Shown piece by piece: positions 47,568 to 57,475 of a stretch of DNA of 64,000 bases. The stretch lies in the sequence record OR413578.1; one strand, written 5' to 3'. Positions within the stretch are counted from its first letter, which is position 1. Every line of letters starts with the position of its first letter. The notes beneath the pieces were generated by a model. That model was given only the letters and a program-made list of their open reading frames with translations, searched no databases and was not told where the DNA came from. A program made the position numbers and the translations under genes.

Positions 47568-48188
47568 ATGAGTCGTCGCAAAAAGAAACCCGCTTATAAC
47601 CCACGTAAAGACGCACGCGATTTCGTCAAGGCGATGATGCAGTCTGTGTTGAAAAAACAAGCTGTGTTTATCGAAAGTACCGAATTCCTGTCAGGCAAAA
47701 TTGATCGGGAGCGTGAAGTAACTGAAGCCATTGCGCACGAAGAGCTGAAAGCTTTCACGTTGAAAGCGCTGGATGAAGCACAAGCGGCATTCCTCGGCAT
47801 GTGCCAACAAGGCAAAGAGCTGTTCGGTAAACTGATTGTTGAGGCAGATGCTAAGGCTGTGCCGGTGTTTGACATGCTGAACGATAACAGCAAAACCTGG
47901 AAAGAGGTTAAAGACCAGTTCCATGTCGACCACACCGAGCTGTCTTTGATTGACCAGCGGGCGAATATGCTCGCGATGGATATCCAGGGCACCAGTATCG
48001 AAATCTTCTCTACGTATAACGCGAAAGTGAAGTTCGTGAAGCAGGCGCTGAATAACGGTCATACCGTGGAACAAGCCGAAGTTCTGTTGGCCGAAGCTCT
48101 GGCTAATAATTCGAAAGAACTCCCTAAAAACGCCATCGTCGATCACAACGACGTTGTAGTAGAAACCGAGGAAGCGGCACATGTCTGA
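47568..48188 (+). CDS. Hypothetical helical protein with a basic N-terminus
   Basis: SD AAGGA; MSRRKKKPAYNPRK; 206 aa. Confidence 0.75.
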   Translation: MSRRKKKPAYNPRKDARDFVKAMMQSVLKKQAVFIESTEFLSGKIDREREVTEAIAHEELKAFTLKALDEAQAAFLGMCQQGKELFGKLIVEADAKAVPVFDMLNDNSKTWKEVKDQFHVDHTELSLIDQRANMLAMDIQGTSIEIFSTYNAKVKFVKQALNNGHTVEQAEVLLAEALANNSKELPKNAIVDHNDVVVETEEAAHV

Positions 48189-50148
48189 GATCCAAGATCA
48201 GCGTCCGGGTAATGCCCGTCGCCCTAATCCCGATCAGCCAGCCCCTGTGGCGGCTGCTACCCAACAAGAGATGATTCTTCCGACCGTGCCTGATGACGCG
48301 AATCCGGATGCAATCATCATGGCTATTAAACAAGCCAACCCCGATTTTTCTTTTGCCCGTGCAGAAGAAGTTTATCACCAACATTATCATCAGCCGGAGC
48401 CTAAGCTCGAGCGTCCGACGTTTGTAGAAGAAGCTTTGCCAGAACCGGCACCGGTACAGCCTGTAGCCCAGACCTTCTCTGAACAGGTGCACGAGCATAT
48501 TCATCACGCCCCAGAACCGGTGGTAGAGAAAGCGCCTGCGGTAGAACCTGCTCCGCAGCCAAAAGCTCCGGAAGCGGTTGCACCGGCACAGCCGGCTGTA
48601 AAAGAAATGGAAGACGCAGCACCGAAGGTTCCGGAACAACAACAGGTGCGTGAGATTGACTTCGGTAATACCCATTTAGCTGAAACCGCCGAAATGGGTG
48701 AAGACGAAGCCGATCGTATTCTGACACAGTCGAAGATGTTGATTGGTCTGAAACAAGACCCTAACATCATTGCAGACTCCCTGCAAAAGTTCCTCGGTAA
48801 TATTAAACGTTCACCGAAAGACGGTCGGCTGCTGTTCGAAAGTCCTGAACAACAACAGGTCTACGACGACATCTATCGTGCTTTGAACATGACACCGCCA
48901 CGTCTACAGGACGGCGTACCGGCATTCGCTGGTGCACTGGACCGTGGTGACACCGCTTGGGAACAGCGTGTGATGTTGCCGGACGGTAAGGCATCTGGTG
49001 CTATTGCGCCGCGTGACAATATGCACACTGGCGCGCTGGCTGCTTTGCGTCGTGTACGTAAGTCGGGTATTCCGAACATGGTTTGGTTGCCGGCCACAGG
49101 TATCTACGTGGGCTTCCGCGCACCGCATGAACGCGACCTTTGTGATTTCGACATGCGTCTAACACTGGAAACTGCGACCATCGGTATGCAGACCTACGGA
49201 TTGATGCTGTCGTCGTCTTCTGGCGTGTACATGCGTCACATGGTTGAATTCGCACTTCAGTTTGTTACCGAAGCAACCATCGATTGTGCGGGTAACGATC
49301 TGCGTACGGTGCTGTTGGATACCATTGATCTGGCTGACTACTGGCTGGTTATTCTGGGTCCGTTGCAGGCGAAGTGGCCGTCTGGTATTCCATGGACGCT
49401 GATGTGTGGCGAAGACGGTTGCACTCAGCAGGAAGATGTGAAGCTGAATATCGCACGTTGTATCCGTTTTGGTTCCGGTCTGTTTAGCGACCTGCAGAAA
49501 CAACTGTGGGCACGTCAGCGCGGTACTGAGCGTCCAGTGATTTCTATTGCTGAACAGCGCGAATATATCGCGGCGCATCAGGTTGACCCATCCTCGGTAT
49601 TTGAATACCACGACGTGCGTGTTGAATTTGGCCGTTCTACCCTGGGTAGCTTCTTTGACTCCACTGAGAAGTGGATTGAAGACGTTAACGCATCAACTAC
49701 GGCAGCGCTGTCTGAATTTGCTACCGAGCGTGAACGTGAATCCCATATGCGTTTAACTGCGGAAGCCCGTCGCTTAACGCGCTACGCTCACATGGTGAAA
49801 TCTATCACTGTTAATGAGCAACGTGAAGTAAACGGTGAAATGCAGGTTATCCCACAAACTGAAACCGACACAGCGAAAATCGTTGAGATGCTGGAAGAGC
49901 TGTCTTCCGACCGTATATACGTTGGTCAGTTTGAAAACGCGATTGCTGAATACAACGAACGTACACGTTTAGCGGTATTCGGTTACATGGGTAAACGCTG
50001 CCCGGCGTGCGGTAAAACACACGGCGAGAAAGACGGTCTGTATCGTGGTATTGTTACCATCTCACCGGACAGGGTTTTTTTCGTGCTCTCTCGAGTGGTG
50101 TCCGAGATTCAGAAATTCTTGCTGGATCAATACGCCGATATTGGCTAG
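48181..50148 (+). CDS. Putative tail/baseplate assembly chaperone (G-like, T4 gp26-like) with a Pro/Ala/Glu-rich N-terminus
   Basis: 655 aa; CGEDGC and CPACG Cys motifs; ends in a slippery site. Confidence 0.6.
   Translation: MSEIQDQRPGNARRPNPDQPAPVAAATQQEMILPTVPDDANPDAIIMAIKQANPDFSFARAEEVYHQHYHQPEPKLERPTFVEEALPEPAPVQPVAQTFSEQVHEHIHHAPEPVVEKAPAVEPAPQPKAPEAVAPAQPAVKEMEDAAPKVPEQQQVREIDFGNTHLAETAEMGEDEADRILTQSKMLIGLKQDPNIIADSLQKFLGNIKRSPKDGRLLFESPEQQQVYDDIYRALNMTPPRLQDGVPAFAGALDRGDTAWEQRVMLPDGKASGAIAPRDNMHTGALAALRRVRKSGIPNMVWLPATGIYVGFRAPHERDLCDFDMRLTLETATIGMQTYGLMLSSSSGVYMRHMVEFALQFVTEATIDCAGNDLRTVLLDTIDLADYWLVILGPLQAKWPSGIPWTLMCGEDGCTQQEDVKLNIARCIRFGSGLFSDLQKQLWARQRGTERPVISIAEQREYIAAHQVDPSSVFEYHDVRVEFGRSTLGSFFDSTEKWIEDVNASTTAALSEFATERERESHMRLTAEARRLTRYAHMVKSITVNEQREVNGEMQVIPQTETDTAKIVEMLEELSSDRIYVGQFENAIAEYNERTRLAVFGYMGKRCPACGKTHGEKDGLYRGIVTISPDRVFFVLSRVVSEIQKFLLDQYADIG
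50076..50107 (+). other. Candidate programmed -1 ribosomal frameshift signal
   Basis: In-frame heptamer T_TTT_TTC (50076-82); stem TCTCG/CGAGA 6 nt downstream; -1 frame open 50016-50564. Confidence 0.6.
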
Positions 50149-50192
50149 ACCAGGAAGACGTTCCGTCCGAGCAAATTATTACAACGCTCAAG

Positions 50193-50564
50193 ATGGATAC
50201 CACCTCTCTCTTCAAGCAGCGCAGCACACGTCCTATTACGTATCAGGAAGCCCATAACGAGCTTCTGGAAGCGTATGACCGTACACTGGCTCTTAATACC
50301 GGCGACCATCAGGTAGGGTTGTCGGATTTTGAAAACCCGGTATACGGTAGTCTTTACGATATCTGGTACGCCACTTACTTACGTGAAGAGGTCGGTGAAA
50401 ACTACCGGATGTCGATAGACGAGTTCCTCGACCGTCCCCGCTGGCAGATACTGCTGATGCTCGACAATATCCGTCGTCGCAAAGCAATTATCGCCAAAGC
50501 CGGCGAACAGGTGGCAGGTGAACGTGCGCTAAAGGAGCTGGAGAAAGATCTGACGGGACATTAA
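50193..50564 (+). CDS. GT-like/T4 gp51-like extension; probably translated via -1 frameshift from the 48181 ORF
   Basis: No SD before ATG 50193; YRMSIDEFLDRPRWQILLML resembles chaperone C-terminal domains. Confidence 0.6.
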   Translation: MDTTSLFKQRSTRPITYQEAHNELLEAYDRTLALNTGDHQVGLSDFENPVYGSLYDIWYATYLREEVGENYRMSIDEFLDRPRWQILLMLDNIRRRKAIIAKAGEQVAGERALKELEKDLTGH

Positions 50565-50572
50565 TAGAAATT

Positions 50573-50588
50573 CGGGGCTTCGGCCCCG
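50573..50588 (+). terminator. Intrinsic terminator with UUCG loop
   Basis: CGGGGC-TTCG-GCCCCG followed by a T-tract. Confidence 0.8.
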
Positions 50589-50643
50589 TTTTCTTTTTTT
50601 ATTCGCCTTGGTATGAATGCCCTTTTCACTATGGAACAGAGCC

Positions 50644-51501
50644 ATGATTGATATTTATACCGACTATGCGGCTGTATTGACAGTCAACCGTCACGAAGGT
50701 CGTGCAGCACCGATGCTAGATTTAGTGACGCTCGGTATGGATTACGGTTACGATGTGGCGTTATCCGATGTTTATAGCAACCCGTTGTCTGACCCCGCGG
50801 ACGAAACTGTCCGTCTGGAATCCATTATCGTGAAGGTAGCGGTTGGATTAGGCAACCGCCTCGGTATCGGACTTAATCCACAAATCGTCTTCCAGAAACC
50901 GAAAGAAACCGTACGTATCCTTCACGGTGTGTTGGAAGCCTTCGAAGAGTTCGAAGACAGTGATGCTCTTTACGGGATTGTCTCCTCTGGTGAGACACCA
51001 GAGTATATCCTGGAGAACATGTGTCGTTATGTTTACGGTGACGAAAACCTGCACTTCGAAGACCTGATTACTGTTGTCAGCCCACGCGTGCTTACCGTGA
51101 TGGAGAACTTCTTAGCAGCAGAGTCGTTGGAAAGCCAGAAAAGAAATGGCGATGATGAGCGCCAAGTGCGTATCGTCACTTACTTGCGGTTGTTCCCTGA
51201 GAACCCGTCAGCGTTTGTCTTTATGAATCTGCCTGCTGAACCAGACTTAACAGTGGTGCAACAATCGTTAGAATTTCGCGTAGAAGACATTAGCGAAATT
51301 GATTTGCTGACGATGTATGCGGTGGGCTTATCGATTATTCCTCATGCGGAGTTTGATGGGGCTTACGGTGACTTAGAAAAGAACCTTGCCCTGTTGAACG
51401 TCGACAACGTCCCGCCTGGAGAAATCTTGCGGAAAGGATTGGAAGCATTGAAAGTCATATACGCTAGTGGGGACGCGGAGGTAGATGATGAACAAGATTG
51501 A
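50644..51501 (+). CDS. Conserved hypothetical acidic protein
   Basis: 285 aa from MIDIYTD; upstream of the vRNAP subunit. Confidence 0.75.
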   Translation: MIDIYTDYAAVLTVNRHEGRAAPMLDLVTLGMDYGYDVALSDVYSNPLSDPADETVRLESIIVKVAVGLGNRLGIGLNPQIVFQKPKETVRILHGVLEAFEEFEDSDALYGIVSSGETPEYILENMCRYVYGDENLHFEDLITVVSPRVLTVMENFLAAESLESQKRNGDDERQVRIVTYLRLFPENPSAFVFMNLPAEPDLTVVQQSLEFRVEDISEIDLLTMYAVGLSIIPHAEFDGAYGDLEKNLALLNVDNVPPGEILRKGLEALKVIYASGDAEVDDEQD

Positions 51502-52783
51502 TTATCTGGTCGCTGCGTGTAAAGCAGAAGCTTGGCGTAGACTGGTGTGGCGTATTGCGGTTTTCAACGTGGCTATCTTTAATGAAAAAGGTGAGCCACC
51601 TGAGCAATACGACCTGAACTACATTGACGGCTTGCCCCACTACTGGGAAAACGAAGAAATTAAATGGGTGCCGATTGAAGGGTGCAAAAAAGATGAAGAG
51701 CTGTTCGTGCCGGAAGAGCAGTTTGAATTGCGTCCTGAGATGTACCCAGGTTTAGCTGGTCCCATTCCGACTACCGTGGGTCGCTATGTCTTTAACTGGA
51801 TTGCTATCTACTACGCTTTCGGTACCCGTCTCCCGTATCTGGCAGAGTCTCGTGACCCGCTAGCCTATCGTAAAGAGATGTATGAGCGTTGTGTGGAATA
51901 TGATGACACCGATCCAGACAACGAAGACGCGATTCGACCGTACATGATAGGACGCTTTGTAGGGGGTCTACACGAGCTTGCTCCGTTGTGTCGTGGGATT
52001 GCCCCAACAGGAACTATTAGAAGCCTTACAACGCATCCTGACGCGTATAAGGTACGAGATGCGTTGCTGTTGAAGCACAAAGACGAACTGGATAACCCTG
52101 CGGTTATCGTTATGATTGAAAAAGCTCTCGACGAACTTGATAAAGAGTGGTTGAGTGGCGACCAGTCCGTTGAGTTCTACAGCTCTCCTAAAGCGCGTAT
52201 GCGTCGCCGTAAGCTGATGCTGATGTATGGTATTCAGACCGCTTTTAAAGAAGGTGCAGATTTTACCTTAATCCCAACGAGTCTGATGGAAGTTGATCAG
52301 ACCGGGATGAAGTATCTGGTAGAGAAATTCAATGATACGCGAGAAGGTTCCTTCATGCGTGGTGCAGAAACTGCCAAGGGCGGGGAGCAAGTACGTATCA
52401 TCCAGATGATCTTCCAGAACCACAAAATCGTGCCTGGAGATTGCGGGACAAAACTGACACATGCACTTGTAATTAACCAGTATAACTACAAGCGTTATGT
52501 TGGCATGAACGCGATGATTAACGGTAAAGTTACCCAACTTACTGAAGAGTATTTGAAAACACAATTTGGTAAAGTTGTTCGACTCCGCCGACCCATCTTA
52601 TGTCAGCAAGGTCACGTAGACTGTTGTGCGGCGTGCGCCTCTGCACACAAAGCAGAAGAGCCACGGGCAATCGCTGCGGATATCTCTTCCGGCTTCTCGA
52701 ACGTTATGACCACTGCAATGGGTGCGATGCACGGTCGTGAAACCGTGGTTAAAGAGTACATCCCTAAATTCCACATCACCTAA
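51485..52783 (+). CDS. Virion RNA polymerase beta-prime C-terminal subunit (phiKZ gp80-like)
   Basis: RGAETAKGG, GDCGT, LRRPILC...CCAAC, trigger-loop-like FSNVMTTAMGAMH. Confidence 0.8.
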   Translation: MMNKIDYLVAACKAEAWRRLVWRIAVFNVAIFNEKGEPPEQYDLNYIDGLPHYWENEEIKWVPIEGCKKDEELFVPEEQFELRPEMYPGLAGPIPTTVGRYVFNWIAIYYAFGTRLPYLAESRDPLAYRKEMYERCVEYDDTDPDNEDAIRPYMIGRFVGGLHELAPLCRGIAPTGTIRSLTTHPDAYKVRDALLLKHKDELDNPAVIVMIEKALDELDKEWLSGDQSVEFYSSPKARMRRRKLMLMYGIQTAFKEGADFTLIPTSLMEVDQTGMKYLVEKFNDTREGSFMRGAETAKGGEQVRIIQMIFQNHKIVPGDCGTKLTHALVINQYNYKRYVGMNAMINGKVTQLTEEYLKTQFGKVVRLRRPILCQQGHVDCCAACASAHKAEEPRAIAADISSGFSNVMTTAMGAMHGRETVVKEYIPKFHIT

Positions 52784-52796
52784 GGATTGTTTCCTC

Positions 52797-53297
52797 ATGA
52801 CTAAGAAAGACACTACTACCCTTGACCCGCGTACAGAAGGCGTGGTCCGTGATAGCGCTTCTTACAGCAACGACGACCAATATCGTGTTAAACTGATCAC
52901 CACGATGCTCGATGAAGCAGGTAACAATGCCGGCCCACGTAAAGCATCTGGTACCCAGGCTGAGAAAGATGCGTATAATAAGCTGCATCACTCTTTCCGT
53001 GAGCTGTTTAAACTGCGCGGTCAGGCCTTCCTGGATGGTTTCTACGCCTTCGTAGAAGCGGCTAATAAGCACCGTAACGGTATTTTCTACGCACCGGCTG
53101 CTAATAACCGTATCAGTGAGAACTTCCCGAATCGTGACGAGCGTGAAGTCTTCGTTATCTTTATTAACATGCTGATTCGCTATGCACGTTGCGCCGACAA
53201 AGGCCGTTTCCGCGATACCAACGATGTTGACCGTCTGGCTCGTCGCTTGAACGACCCGGACCTGCGTTCGCTGGTTATGCACGCCTTTGGCGGTTAA
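52797..53297 (+). CDS. Hypothetical protein (high-expression codon bias)
   Basis: SD AAGGA; 166 aa. Confidence 0.75.
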   Translation: MTKKDTTTLDPRTEGVVRDSASYSNDDQYRVKLITTMLDEAGNNAGPRKASGTQAEKDAYNKLHHSFRELFKLRGQAFLDGFYAFVEAANKHRNGIFYAPAANNRISENFPNRDEREVFVIFINMLIRYARCADKGRFRDTNDVDRLARRLNDPDLRSLVMHAFGG

Positions 53298-53306
53298 ATA
53301 AAAGTA

Positions 53307-53330
53307 CCTCTCTACCCTAGGGTAGAGAGG
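53307..53330. terminator. Bidirectional terminator
   Basis: CCTCTCTACC-CTAG-GGTAGAGAGG followed by a T-tract. Confidence 0.8.
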
Positions 53331-53347
53331 CCTTTCTTTTTTTTGTT

Positions 53348-55132
53348 TTAGAACCCGCAGATGTACTCCATAGGCTCTGTCACTACTTCCCCTTGCTTAC
53401 GTAAGAACGTAGACAGGACAGTGTCTTTGTCCGGTAAGCAGAAGAAGTCTGTCGCTATTTCCATGGCATTAACTCGCCCAGCAGTTAAGTTGACGCCCGT
53501 GCGACGTCGAATCTCTTCACTAACCCCATTGATGGACAGTAGTTCGATGAGTGTGGTCTCACGAGACTGGTTCATCATGTTTGTGGCCGAAGGGTAGGCC
53601 TGGGTTAAGTCCGCATCCGCAGTTTGTCCACGGAACGCAGAGTAATATTCGTCAATCTCCTCCAGAATGTTGTTCAGACCGTTCTCAGCATTCATACATG
53701 CTGTCAGGGTAACAATCCAACCGTCCGTACCGATAACTTCTTCATCGTAATCGTTACGCATTGCAGACCCTACGGAACCGATGACGTATCCTTTGTCATA
53801 CAGATAATAGGTAAAGGCCACGCAGATACGTTTTGGTAGCGACGGGAAGATATCGTACATCGAGAAACCTGCCAGAATGGATATTGCCGAAGACAAGTCG
53901 TTCGTCTTCTTATCCAACAACACGATTAACAAGTTATCCATCATGTTGTATACGGCATATTCGGCAGGGTAGTCCCGTTGTGCTTTTATGTGCCATTGCA
54001 GGTTATCTTCATACGGCAGTCCAGGAATGTCGAGTTTGTGTAAACCGAGTTCGGTGTACAGTATGGCAGATAACTTGTACGAAGGACGTTGCCCTTCGTG
54101 GACACGCAACGAACGGAATAACACCATGGCATCCACACAGTAGAAAGACGCAGTACAGTAGAGTACGTGCCACTGTTGTGACGGTGCTTTGGTGAGTGAC
54201 TTGGATTCCGTCTTTTTGTTCGCCTGGTCTTCTTTAAACCACAGACGACGGTATTTCTCCGGCACATCCGGATGGTTAAAGACGCCCAGTGGATCGATAC
54301 CTTCTTTCTGCAAGGTTTCCAACATGCGTGAAATATCGAACTGGTGGTTCCATGCGACCAGCAAATCAGGAAGACGCGGATGAATCTCTTCGAACATCCT
54401 GACGATGCACTGCCCTGCCGTAGCGCAGGTATAGGTGAAGATTTTATAACCACTGATAATGTCTTTGGTCTTTGTCACCTTTTCGCCAGTCTTTTTGTCT
54501 TTCTCGTCGAACTCGATTTTGCTTAAGAGTTCCTGCGCTTTTTTGAGAATGACTTCTTCCGCGTTTTTACCGATGCGGTCCATGTAGTTCTTAGCACCAA
54601 AGAAATGGATTTCGTCGTCTAAGATAAATGACACGATCCACGGTTCCTTCGTGCCGTCCGTTTCGTTAGTCTCCACGTCGTATACGCAAAGACGGTTAGG
54701 ACTGATATTGTTCGGCCAGCGCTTTAAGTATTTCTGTTTAATCCAGCTGGTAATCGGTAAGTCGGCCCAATAAACGTACGGGCTAGTACAGACACGACGC
54801 AGGTTCTTTTTCGGGTCAGGGAAACGTGCACCTAAACCCATCTGCAACGTCTTCGCCATTTGTGCATCGGTGGTCCAGAGTTCTTGACATTTTCCTTTTT
54901 CTTCGAACTCTTTTTTCTCCTGGTGGTTACGATATTCTTCACGGGTAACGTACACCGGACGCTTTAAATTCTCACGCATTACCAAGCGCGGGATAAGCCT
55001 GCCATCCTTAGTATGGATGACCTCTTTGATGAGGACAAAGTCATTTTCTTTTTCTTCGTCCGTCGCATAAGCGACGTGTTTGCACTCTTTAGCGATGACA
55101 TCCTCGGGTGCGTAATAGGTATTGATTTCCAT
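53348..55132 (-). CDS. Family-B DNA polymerase N-terminal subunit (3'-5' exonuclease plus motif A)
   Basis: ExoI YDVET, ExoII AWNHQFDI, ExoIII YNMMD, motif A DLTQAYPS. Confidence 0.82.
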   Translation of the reverse strand: MEINTYYAPEDVIAKECKHVAYATDEEKENDFVLIKEVIHTKDGRLIPRLVMRENLKRPVYVTREEYRNHQEKKEFEEKGKCQELWTTDAQMAKTLQMGLGARFPDPKKNLRRVCTSPYVYWADLPITSWIKQKYLKRWPNNISPNRLCVYDVETNETDGTKEPWIVSFILDDEIHFFGAKNYMDRIGKNAEEVILKKAQELLSKIEFDEKDKKTGEKVTKTKDIISGYKIFTYTCATAGQCIVRMFEEIHPRLPDLLVAWNHQFDISRMLETLQKEGIDPLGVFNHPDVPEKYRRLWFKEDQANKKTESKSLTKAPSQQWHVLYCTASFYCVDAMVLFRSLRVHEGQRPSYKLSAILYTELGLHKLDIPGLPYEDNLQWHIKAQRDYPAEYAVYNMMDNLLIVLLDKKTNDLSSAISILAGFSMYDIFPSLPKRICVAFTYYLYDKGYVIGSVGSAMRNDYDEEVIGTDGWIVTLTACMNAENGLNNILEEIDEYYSAFRGQTADADLTQAYPSATNMMNQSRETTLIELLSINGVSEEIRRRTGVNLTAGRVNAMEIATDFFCLPDKDTVLSTFLRKQGEVVTEPMEYICGF

Positions 55133-55202
55133 GGTCTACTCTCAAATATGGTGTCTGCTATACTGATTTGTGGGTAACGTATTTTCTAAAAGGAACGTCT
55201 AA

Positions 55203-56552
55203 ATGGGACACTGGCAAAAGCACATAACCTCGTTGGCCGACGCGAAAGCCGTGGCCTCGGAGTCCATCGGATTCCAAGATAAAAAGAAACTCGCCTCTTT
55301 GGCGGAAGTGGTACGTAAGTTCCGTGATGCGGGCGACTTCTCGCCAGCGGGTTATCAGAGTTCTGGTATTGCTGCCTGGGTCTTTGACAACAACGGTATT
55401 ACGGTCCTGCCTCGTAACGGGTCCGACTTAGGTGTGGTGGACGTTGTGTTTGCGGGTGTGGAGCCACCGAAGCTCGACGCGAACAACCCAATTATCGCCG
55501 ACCTGCAACGCAAGATGGTGCAGGGTAACACCGACCTGGATGTCTACAGTAAGTTCTTAAAAGAGAACGAACTGAACGGCGAGTTCGACGATAAAAATGC
55601 GAAGCTTTCAGGCGAACTCAGCAAGGTGCCGTCCCCACTTTGGCTGACCCCGAAACTACTGACCAGTATCGACTTAACGGATTTAGAAGTCGCGGCGATT
55701 ATTCTACATGAAGTCGGCCACGTCTATTACTATTTCCGTACCTTGATGCGTACGGTGGTAACGAACCTGATTGCGGATGCTGCAGCGAACCGCATGATGC
55801 AAACCGAAGACCCGACAGTGCGTTTAAAAGTCGTAAAAGACGTTGAACGTATGCTGAACACCAAAGTGAATCAGCCGGAAACTATCTGCAAAGAGATGTC
55901 TAAAGAGAACATCTACATGCATCTGGTGACGGACATTCTGCTTGAGCGTCCATTTGTTACCGGTTCGGAAGGGTTCGCTAACCGTACCTGGGAACGTGCT
56001 GCAGATGACTTCGCAGCTCGCTTTGGTGCAGCCCCGTACCTGGCGTCAGCCCTGTACAAAATCGAAACGTCCCAATTCTATCTCTGCCGGAACGCGTCGT
56101 ACGTGAACTACGGTGTGCATCTGATGCTGGAAATGCTTAACGTTTCGCTGCTGATTGTGGCTTCGACTAATCCAGTTGGCCTGTTCTTCACGACTATCTC
56201 GGTGGCGTTCGGTCTGATTGTGAACGACCCACGCAACACCATCTACGATCCGCCGCAGGAACGTTTTGAGACGATGCGTCGTAACTTAGTGGAAGAGCTG
56301 AACACCTTAAAAGGTAGCACCACGAAAGAAGCGAACGAACATCGTAAACGTATTCTGCAGGGCATTGCGTCTATCGACGAATTACTGAAAACCGTGAAAG
56401 ACAAAGACAACGTCTTTAGCTTCATCATGAAAACGCTGACCCCTGGCGGTCGCCGTGAGCGCGCTGGTGTGGATTATCAGCGTACGATGGAGCGTTATCT
56501 TTCTAATGACCTGCGTGTGGCTTCTGCGAAGCTCGCCACGGTAAAGTCGTAG
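55203..56552 (+). CDS. Head/ejection protein with a zincin HExxH motif and a hydrophobic hairpin
   Basis: ASE-S processing-like site near the N-terminus; LHEVGH; ERAADDFAARFG; hydrophobic segment ~res 305-340. Confidence 0.7.
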   Translation: MGHWQKHITSLADAKAVASESIGFQDKKKLASLAEVVRKFRDAGDFSPAGYQSSGIAAWVFDNNGITVLPRNGSDLGVVDVVFAGVEPPKLDANNPIIADLQRKMVQGNTDLDVYSKFLKENELNGEFDDKNAKLSGELSKVPSPLWLTPKLLTSIDLTDLEVAAIILHEVGHVYYYFRTLMRTVVTNLIADAAANRMMQTEDPTVRLKVVKDVERMLNTKVNQPETICKEMSKENIYMHLVTDILLERPFVTGSEGFANRTWERAADDFAARFGAAPYLASALYKIETSQFYLCRNASYVNYGVHLMLEMLNVSLLIVASTNPVGLFFTTISVAFGLIVNDPRNTIYDPPQERFETMRRNLVEELNTLKGSTTKEANEHRKRILQGIASIDELLKTVKDKDNVFSFIMKTLTPGGRRERAGVDYQRTMERYLSNDLRVASAKLATVKS

Positions 56553-56578
56553 GGGAATCTTCGTCCACAGCACCTCGC

Positions 56579-57016
56579 GTGTTGTGGGTGATGCTGCCGT
56601 ACCACTGGAAGGTGCTGTCAGCCAGTCAGATTGACCGTGACTTATACGGCGACCGTATTGGAACTGACACACCGACCCTCGAAGCGTATGCGACGCGCGC
56701 AGAGGCGGTTAAAGCGGGTATCGAGTACGCCTGTCGAACTAATCGTTCATCGGCACCGGGGCAGCCTATCGCTTCCGTACGCGTACAACAGCGCGGCAAC
56801 GAGCTATTGTTGAAATCGAACGGTTACTGGAACAATATTTCGATGCAGGACAGCTTGCATCTGTATCGGATTGATCCTAGTAAATGCTCCGAACCCTGGC
56901 AGCAAGCCTACGAAGGTTCCCCCGAATATTACACACGTGGCGTGACAGACTACGAAGAAGTCTACTTCGACACGATTCACAACCACATCAAAGAAGCCGG
57001 TCTTACCGTTTCTTAA
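56579..57016 (+). CDS. Hypothetical protein
   Basis: 145 aa; start uncertain. Confidence 0.6.
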   Translation: MLWVMLPYHWKVLSASQIDRDLYGDRIGTDTPTLEAYATRAEAVKAGIEYACRTNRSSAPGQPIASVRVQQRGNELLLKSNGYWNNISMQDSLHLYRIDPSKCSEPWQQAYEGSPEYYTRGVTDYEEVYFDTIHNHIKEAGLTVS

Positions 57017-57031
57017 GTAAGGGTACTTAAC

Positions 57032-57475
57032 ATGACGCATAAAGTTTCTTTAAATAACCTGGTACTGGATTTCAAACGTACCAACGAAGGGAAAGGTGTA
57101 CACGCCCAGCGTGCTTTGACCGGTCTGGTTGCTTTCTCACTGGCGTATAACGCGGTATTGGCTGACAATGGCCAATATGGCGCTGCAGAGGCCGCTGGGA
57201 CGTTTTTACGTCCGGTAATGCGTAATATCGTCTCTGACGTTAACGAGCTGTACTGTGTTGATTTAGGCGTGATTGAGGACATGACCGTGGGTCTGTACTG
57301 CAATCGTTACTGCAACGTGTATGGCGGCGCTAAAGCTCTGGAAAGTTTCTCAGTTCGTGAGATTTTCAACCAGGCACTCGGGGAAGATATCTGGGAAACC
57401 GTCGGTCTGTGGATTAGCCGCTTTATGGAAGTGGTTGGTTTCTACATGGCAGAACTGAAAGGGCAGATTTCATGA
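57032..57475 (+). CDS. Hypothetical (probably virion) protein
   Basis: 147 aa; within the head-protein operon. Confidence 0.7.
   Translation: MTHKVSLNNLVLDFKRTNEGKGVHAQRALTGLVAFSLAYNAVLADNGQYGAAEAAGTFLRPVMRNIVSDVNELYCVDLGVIEDMTVGLYCNRYCNVYGGAKALESFSVREIFNQALGEDIWETVGLWISRFMEVVGFYMAELKGQIS

Noticed and set aside
52776-53282. Other long antisense or alternate-frame ORFs (e.g. 52776-53282, 38152-38709, 48124-48675, 59685-60278)
   Set aside because: They fully overlap well-supported genes on the opposite strand and have no independent signals.
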